Assembly (NCBI RefSeq): GCF_009914755.1
Contig: NC_060926.1
Reading direction: 5' to 3' (one strand)
Length of the DNA stretch: 64,000 bases
Source: the human T2T-CHM13v2.0 reference genome, Homo sapiens
Notes under the pieces: generated by a model
What the model was told of the DNA's origin: nothing
The model's input: only the letters and a program-made list of their open reading frames with translations
Database searches by the model: none
Shown here: piece by piece, positions 58,095-64,000 of the stretch
Position numbering within the stretch: the stretch's first letter is position 1
How the letters are laid out: the number at the start of each line of letters is the position of its first letter
Made by a program: the position numbers and the translations under genes

Positions 58095-58510
58095 GTATCA
58101 GACAGCTTTTGTTGTGTAGCAAACTATTAATAAATACTCTAAAACTAGTGGCTTAAAAGAGCAAACATTTATTAGTTCTTGAAGTTCTGAGAGTTGGCTG
58201 GGTGTCCTTCTGGTCAGTGCCAGACAGCTCAAGGCTCACTCACATTTCTGGCACTTGGCAGGCTGACTGGTCTGAAGTGGGTTTACTACTGTGTGTGGCA
58301 GTTGGCCCAATGTTGGTTAGAAAAATGGCCATGATCTCTCATCATCCAGCAAGCTAACTGGGGCTCATTCTCTTGGTGACGAAAGGATATCCAGCATCAG
58401 GAGAGGCCAATCCTCTATGCACAAGAACTATTCGAGCTTCTGCATGCATCATACTTGCTAATGTTCCATTGGTCAAATTAAGTCATATGCTGGATTTAAA
58501 CCTCTCACAG
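58095..58510 (-). mobile_element. Old MLT1 (MaLR) LTR
   Basis: tgtatcagacagc...agtggcttaaaagagcaaacatttatt...tctcatcatccagcaagcta...gctaatgttccattggtcaa. Confidence 0.7.
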
Positions 58511-58618
58511 AGGTGTGAAAAAATATTCCTGGGGTAAAAAAGTTGAAATTCTAATTATGGTTCAGATAAAAACTCAGATTTGGTATTGGGTATCTATTTT
58601 GGTACCAAGGGTGAAGTG

Positions 58619-58687
58619 AAGGAGTGTATCTCTTGATGATAAGGAGTATATCTCTTGATGATAAGGAGTATATCTCTTGATGATAAG
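58619..58687. repeat. 22-bp minisatellite x3
   Basis: aaggagt(g/a)tatctcttgatgat repeated three times plus aag. Confidence 0.93.
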
Positions 58688-58839
58688 AGGAATTAGAGAA
58701 ATTTGTGGCCATGTTATAATCTCCCACTTCATGCATCTTTGTCTACAGTTAAGATGAGGCAACAATTTCAGCTGTATTTGAGTTGAAAAGAAGGTCAAAA
58801 GCAAAGGTTATTCTAGGAGACTTTTAGATAGCTTCTTTT

Positions 58840-59660
58840 GCTATTTCTACTGAACAGAAGGTGTACAAATCCTAAGGATTCACAATTCAATGTAAAATGA
58901 ATACACTTGTGTAACCAACACTTATGTCTGAGAAGAGAATATTACTGACACCCCAGTAGTTTTTTCCCAACATTTATCCCTTCTTCAACATTACCCCACT
59001 CTCCTTCTCAAAGGTAACCACTATTCTGACTCTATTAGTTTTGCCTGTTTTACAACTTCGTGTAGATGGGATCGTATAATGTGCATTCCTTTGTCTGGCT
59101 TCTGTATTCAGCATATATGCTTGTTAGACACATTCATGTTATTGCATGTAGCTGTGGTTTTATCACTTTCATTACTGTATAGTATATTCCATTGCATGAA
59201 TATAACACAAATTTGAATGTTTGGGTTATTTTCAATTTTGGCTGTTGTGCATTTCTTTTGTTGCACCTGTGTGCACATTTTTATTGAATAAATATCTAAG
59301 AGTAGAATTGCTGAATCAGGTCAAGCACAGTGGCTCACGCCTGTAATCCCAGCACTTTGGGAAGCTGAGGCGGGTGGATCATGAGGTCAGGAGTTTGAGA
59401 CCAGCTGGGCCAACATGGTAAAACCCCGTATCTAAAAGAAATACAAAAATCAGCCAGGTGTGATGACAGATGCCTGTAATCTCAGCTACTCAGGAGGCTG
59501 AGGAAGGAGAAGTGCTTGAACCCAGGAGGTGGAGGTTGCAGTGAGCCGAGATGGTGCCTCAAAAAAAAAAAAAAAAAAAAGAAAAAGAAAAAAAAGAATT
59601 ACTGAATCATAGGAAACATTTATGTCCAAATTTAGCTGATACTATGCAACAGTTTTCTTC
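58840..59660 (-). mobile_element. L1ME 3' fragment (split by Alu)
   Basis: aggtaaccactattctgac...ttagttttgcctgttt...tattccattgcatgaatataacaca. Confidence 0.7.
59319..59594 (+). mobile_element. AluSg-like with ~38-bp deletion before the tail
   Basis: ggatcatgaggtcaggag; gagatggtgcctcaaaa lacks the actgcactccagcctggg segment; TSD agaatt(g/a)ctgaatca. Confidence 0.88.
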
Positions 59661-61084
59661 TTCTTCTTTTCTAAGAAATGTCAGGCTATAAACCATTCTT
59701 AGTGCTCACTGGTTTGTGAACACTGAGCATAGAAATAGCCACTTTTTCTTTGCTCCAATAGTACAGGCACAGCACAGCAACTGTGTCTATGGGGCTGGCA
59801 AGTCCAGGATAGCATCTGCAGGGCAGGGCAATGATTTTCTTTAACACACTTTCATGCATACATTTGATCTTCATTTTGGTGTCCTAGGTTTTAAGCTAAT
59901 GCATTTTTGCCTTCTACTTTCTCCTGGTTTACCATAAAATGCTTACATTTGGACTTCAATTGGGTAAATAGTAGTTTGCCTTGCATTTAAAATTTCATAA
60001 AACCTCAAGAATCCAAAGTGTATCAAATCATCCTGCCTAGGATTCAAGGAAAATAACTGAACTGTTCCCCATTCATTCATCAAATGTTTATTGAACACCT
60101 ACAAGCAATTTTTTTATTAAACCTGGGGATATAAAGAAATGTAAAATTCAACTTCCAATCTCCAAGAAGTATCTACAGTAGTTGATGACTCTTTCATCAG
60201 TAGCTGTCTGCCCCTTTCTCATGCCTTCCTGTCCTCCTGTCATTTCAACAATAGTTGCCTGCAGCATAAGTAAGCAATGCGTAGCAAGCTGGTAGCCATG
60301 AATGGGATTATTTGTGCTACTGTAGGCAGCATCTTTCATTTACCACAAACAATTTTCTCTTCTCTCCTTTGGATAACTATCCATGAGTTTAGTCTTTCCC
60401 TTTTCTGGACAAAAAATTATATTAAGGAGAAGAGTAAAATTGTTCTAGAAACTTGAGGAATGGTGATAATACTTATTTTTCACATTCTTTCCTGTATTTT
60501 AAGGGTCTGTATGTATTTGTTGTACTTGTGTATAATGGGATTTTCAGACTACATTTATATTGTGTAAGAAGATTGAAAATGTTCACAACGTTCCTGCTGT
60601 TCAGTATTTCATATTCTAAAATGATCTCCAGAATACATTGGTTGTTAAGGTAATGTGCTCAAGTATCTTTGTGGCTTAAAGGAGGTATTACAACTCCCAA
60701 ATTAGCTATGCTTAGTCCTTCTCACTGGTAATATAAAACCAATTTTTGTTTGTGAATTGAATTGTTGCACCTGTGCAGTGCATTTCAAAGCCCAGGAAGG
60801 GTGCTGTTAAAGGAGAGATTCTCTGTAATTTATAAAAATGGAGCAGTGATTTCTAGTGAAACAATCAACCTCATCTAAAAATCTCTCATTTAGATGTTTC
60901 CATAAAATATTAAGAGACACCCAAAGGTCCTTTATTGTATTTTTTCCATAGGCATCTTTATTGAGTCTGTACTTATTTCCATCTACAGTTAAAGAGCTGC
61001 AAGCAGAAGTATGCAAGCAAAAGTATAGGATGGTGGGAATAGCTGATTGTACCAAATGATTCAAACTATCCATCAACAGGAAAA

Positions 61085-61590
61085 TCCTTGAATTAATACA
61101 GATACTTTTAGTGCAAGTGGTACCAATCCAAACCAAAGTAGCTTAAGTAGAAAGAGGATTCATTGGCTCATATAACTGGGAGGCTAACTTCAGCCACAAC
61201 TCAATTCAGGGACTCAAACAAAATTGTTCAGATTCTGCTCCTCTCTCTGGGCCCTGCTTCCTTTTGAGCTGCACTAATCCTCTCCTACTGCACCCTACCT
61301 TTTTCTATGGGTCAGTGACTGCTCCAGCTGCAATAAACACCCTTCCTGCTCTGCTATGCCTTTAGACATGGCCATGTGTTTCATGGCCAAATTGAAAAAC
61401 TACGAGAGAAGAACTCCTTGTGGCCCAGCTTAGGTCATATGCTCCTTCCTGAACCAATTACAGTGCCCAGGGGAATGGGGTACTAGGAGTGGCCAGGCCA
61501 GAAAGTTATTTTGTTAGCTGGTTCACTAGAATCATTTCATCAGAGAGAGGAACAATCCTCAGACAAAAAAGCAGCAAATGTTCAGTACAG
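61085..61590 (-). mobile_element. Old MLT1K/L-type LTR
   Basis: gcttaagtagaaagaggattcattggctcatataactg...ggcccagcttaggtcatatg...ctgaaccaattacagtgcccagggga. Confidence 0.6.
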
Positions 61591-61892
61591 CTCTCACAGG
61601 GGCTTCACATATATTAGTCACAAAAATAGTTTTAGGGCAGGGAAGATCTATGGTTAAACAAAATAGGGTGCTATATAAAGAATGGAACTCACAATGACTC
61701 CTAACTCATACCAAAGATACTCATTCCAGGATTTCCTGTTACCAGGAGAGAAGCTGACTTGCAGTTGATTCAATCTCATTTGCTCAATCTTTTAGGTATC
61801 GTAATCCATGAAATTACTGATAAAACAACTAGGTAATTCACTTTAACAACCACTTGACTGTCACTGAAGTGTCTGATCAAAAATTAAGGTGT

Positions 61893-62032
61893 TAGCTGTG
61901 TGAGGTGGTATGTGCCTGCAGTTCTAGCTACTTGGGAGGCTGAGGCGGGGGGAACACTTGAGCCCAGGAGTTTGAGACCAGCCTGGGCAACATAGCAAAA
62001 CCCTGTCTTTACAAATAAAAAGATGGTTAAAA
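61893..62032 (+). mobile_element. FLAM (Alu monomer)
   Basis: Monomer with ttgagcccaggagtttgagaccagcctgggcaacatag; TSD aaaaattaaggt at 61879-61890 and 62033-62044. Confidence 0.85.
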
Positions 62033-62065
62033 AAAAATTAAGGTTCTTGCAAGAGTGAACCTTCC

Positions 62066-62275
62066 AAGGTAACCTATGGACTTTGGGTGATGATGTGTCA
62101 ATGTAGGTTTGCCAATTGTAGCAAATGCACCCCCTGGTGGGGGTTGTTGATAATGGGGAGGCTATGCACACGTAAGGAGCAAAGCGTACCTGGGAAATCT
62201 CTGTACCTTTTGCTCAATATTGCTGTGAACCTAAAATTGCTTTAAAAAATTAAGTCTATTAAAACATTAAAAAAT
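62066..62275 (+). mobile_element. L1MC1/2 3' end
   Basis: tatggactttgggtgatgatgtgtcaatgtagg...gggaaatctctgtacc...gctgtgaacctaaaa. Confidence 0.8.
62127..62140 (-). promoter_or_regulatory. Candidate CTCF motif inside L1MC
   Basis: Minus strand reads CCACCAGGGGGTGC, 13/14 to CCACCAGGGGGCGC. Confidence 0.45.
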
Positions 62276-62707
62276 ACAGACATAACAAAATGAAGGTATT
62301 CAGGTATTAGATAACCTAATTATCTAATTCTCTAACATAGCATTAAAATAATTCAATAGTCACAGCTAGTTGTCCCTCAGATAAAAGTTGGTTACAGCTA
62401 CAGTAAGAAACCAGAACCTGTATGGGACAATCATATTAACAGGCAAATAATAATGCTTATATTTGCAGAAAACCTACTTATTTCCCTAGAATATCAAAGT
62501 ATCTTGACAAATAAAAACAGTTGGAACATTGCTGTACACCACTCTATTAAATGAGTTCCTCATTTAAAACAAATTTTGTCCTCACAAAAACAAGAGGGCA
62601 ATATAAGTCTACAGAGCTTTATTTGAGTATACAAAAGTGATGCTGTGTAGGACAAGCACCATCATTGCCATCCACTGGAGTAATTCCTAAATGTTAGGTC
62701 TATGACA

Positions 62708-62914
62708 ATGGTAATGAACTGGGACAATCTTTCCTCCCAGGGCATAATTGGCAGTATCTGGAGATGTACTACAGGACTGGGAGATTTGTACTCTTGGCAT
62801 CTAGCAGGTAATGCCAGGATCACTGCTGAATATCCCATGTTGCATAGGATAGCCCCATACAACAAATAATCAACTGGTGCAAAATGTCAACAGTGCTGAG
62901 GTTAAGAAACTCTG
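62708..62914 (+). mobile_element. MER20
   Basis: cccagggcataattggcagtatctggaga...ggcatctag...aaaatgtcaacagtgctgaggttaagaaactctg. Confidence 0.8.
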
Positions 62915-63010
62915 GCCTATGGCAAGATGCAGAGGGAAAGGCAATGTTTAAGACAAAACCCCTGCCCCCAATGATTGTATAATCTGCTTGAGGGGGTAAG
63001 ATAAATGATA

Positions 63011-64000
63011 AGGGTGTTTCCTAGCTTTTCTTCTAGGATGTTTATAAATTGAGGTCTTACACTTAAATCTTTAATCCATCTTTAGGTAATTTTTGCAAAA
63101 TTTTTGTAAAAAAGTTTGTAAAAAGTAAGAGTCTAGTTTCATTCCTCTGAATATGGCTAGCCAGTTATCCCAGCACCATTTATTGAACAAAATAAATCAT
63201 CAACAGAGTAAACAGATAACCTATAGAATGGGAGAAAATATTCACAAATTATGCATCTGACAGAGGTCTAATATCCAGAATCTATAAGGAATTTAAACAA
63301 ATCAACAAGCAAAATATAAATAACCCCATTAAAAAATGGGCAAAAGACATGGACAGGTACTTCTCAAAAGGAGACATTCAAGTGACCAACAAACATGAAA
63401 AAAATGCTCCATATCACAATCATCAGAGAAATGCAAATCAAAACCACAATGAGATACCATGTCATACCAGTTAGAATGGCTATTATTAAAAGTAAAAAAA
63501 AAACAACAGGTGCTGACGAGGCTGAGAAAACAGAACACTTACACACTGTTGGTGGGAACGTAAATTACTTCAGCCACTGTGGAAAGCAGTTTGGAGATTT
63601 CTCAGAGAACATAAAACAGAGCTATCATTTGGCCCAGCAATCCCATGACTGGGTATATATGCCCAAAATAATGTAGATTATTATACCAAAAAGACACACA
63701 CACTCATATCATCATCACCATGCTATTCACAACAGCAAAGATGTGGAATCAACCTAGGTGTCCATCAATGGTGGATTGGATAAAACAAACATGATACACA
63801 CACACCATGGAATATTACACAGCCATAAAAAATGAAATTATGTCCTTTGTCGCAACATGGATGCAGCCAGTGGCCATTATCCTAAGCAGATAACAGGAAC
63901 AGAAACCAAATACCACATTTCTCGGTCGTAAGTGGGAGCTAATATGGACATAAACATTGGAACAATAGACACCACAGACTACTAGAGAGGGGAGGGAGGG
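63011..64000 (+). mobile_element. L1PB with inverted 5' segment (63011-63187 antisense; 63188-64000 sense), runs past the window end
   Basis: Antisense ORF2 piece ends ...cagcaccatttattgaa, then sense ORF2 end and 3' UTR (ORF 63395-63676 [12 protein letters not shown]). Confidence 0.88.

Overview
AT-rich, CpG-poor primate (human-like) genomic DNA, essentially non-coding and dense in interspersed repeats. The only gene-like feature is a probable + strand terminal exon at about 807-1375 (branch point, pyrimidine tract and AG; stop within a few codons; AATAAA at 1351; GU-rich downstream element). I cannot name the gene. The remainder looks intergenic: eight Alu/FLAM-derived dimers or multimers plus two monomers, L1PA/PB/MA/MB/MC/ME fragments, L2/MIR relics, a MER11 (HERV-K11) solo LTR with a 6-bp TSD, a complete THE1A provirus with a TTAAC TSD, several MST/MLT/THE1/LTR33 LTRs, and DNA transposons (Tigger3b, MER20, MER33, MER5A, MER63). 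No ORF in the track is a credible protein gene; the recognisable ones are L1, Alu or MaLR remnants. I found no evidence of a new multi-gene system. The notable signals are two motif- and G4-dense candidate cis-regulatory elements (~9.0-9.6 kb and ~35.6-36.2 kb), a convergent CTCF-like motif pair bracketing the window, and several mutational fossils: a fold-back inversion inside an MSTD LTR, a trimeric Alu within one TSD pair, a (TA)33 tract grown from an Alu TSD, a near-perfect 123-bp tandem duplication, a twin-primed L1 and a TSD-like templated insertion. Repeat subfamily names come from recalled consensus features, not from a RepeatMasker run.
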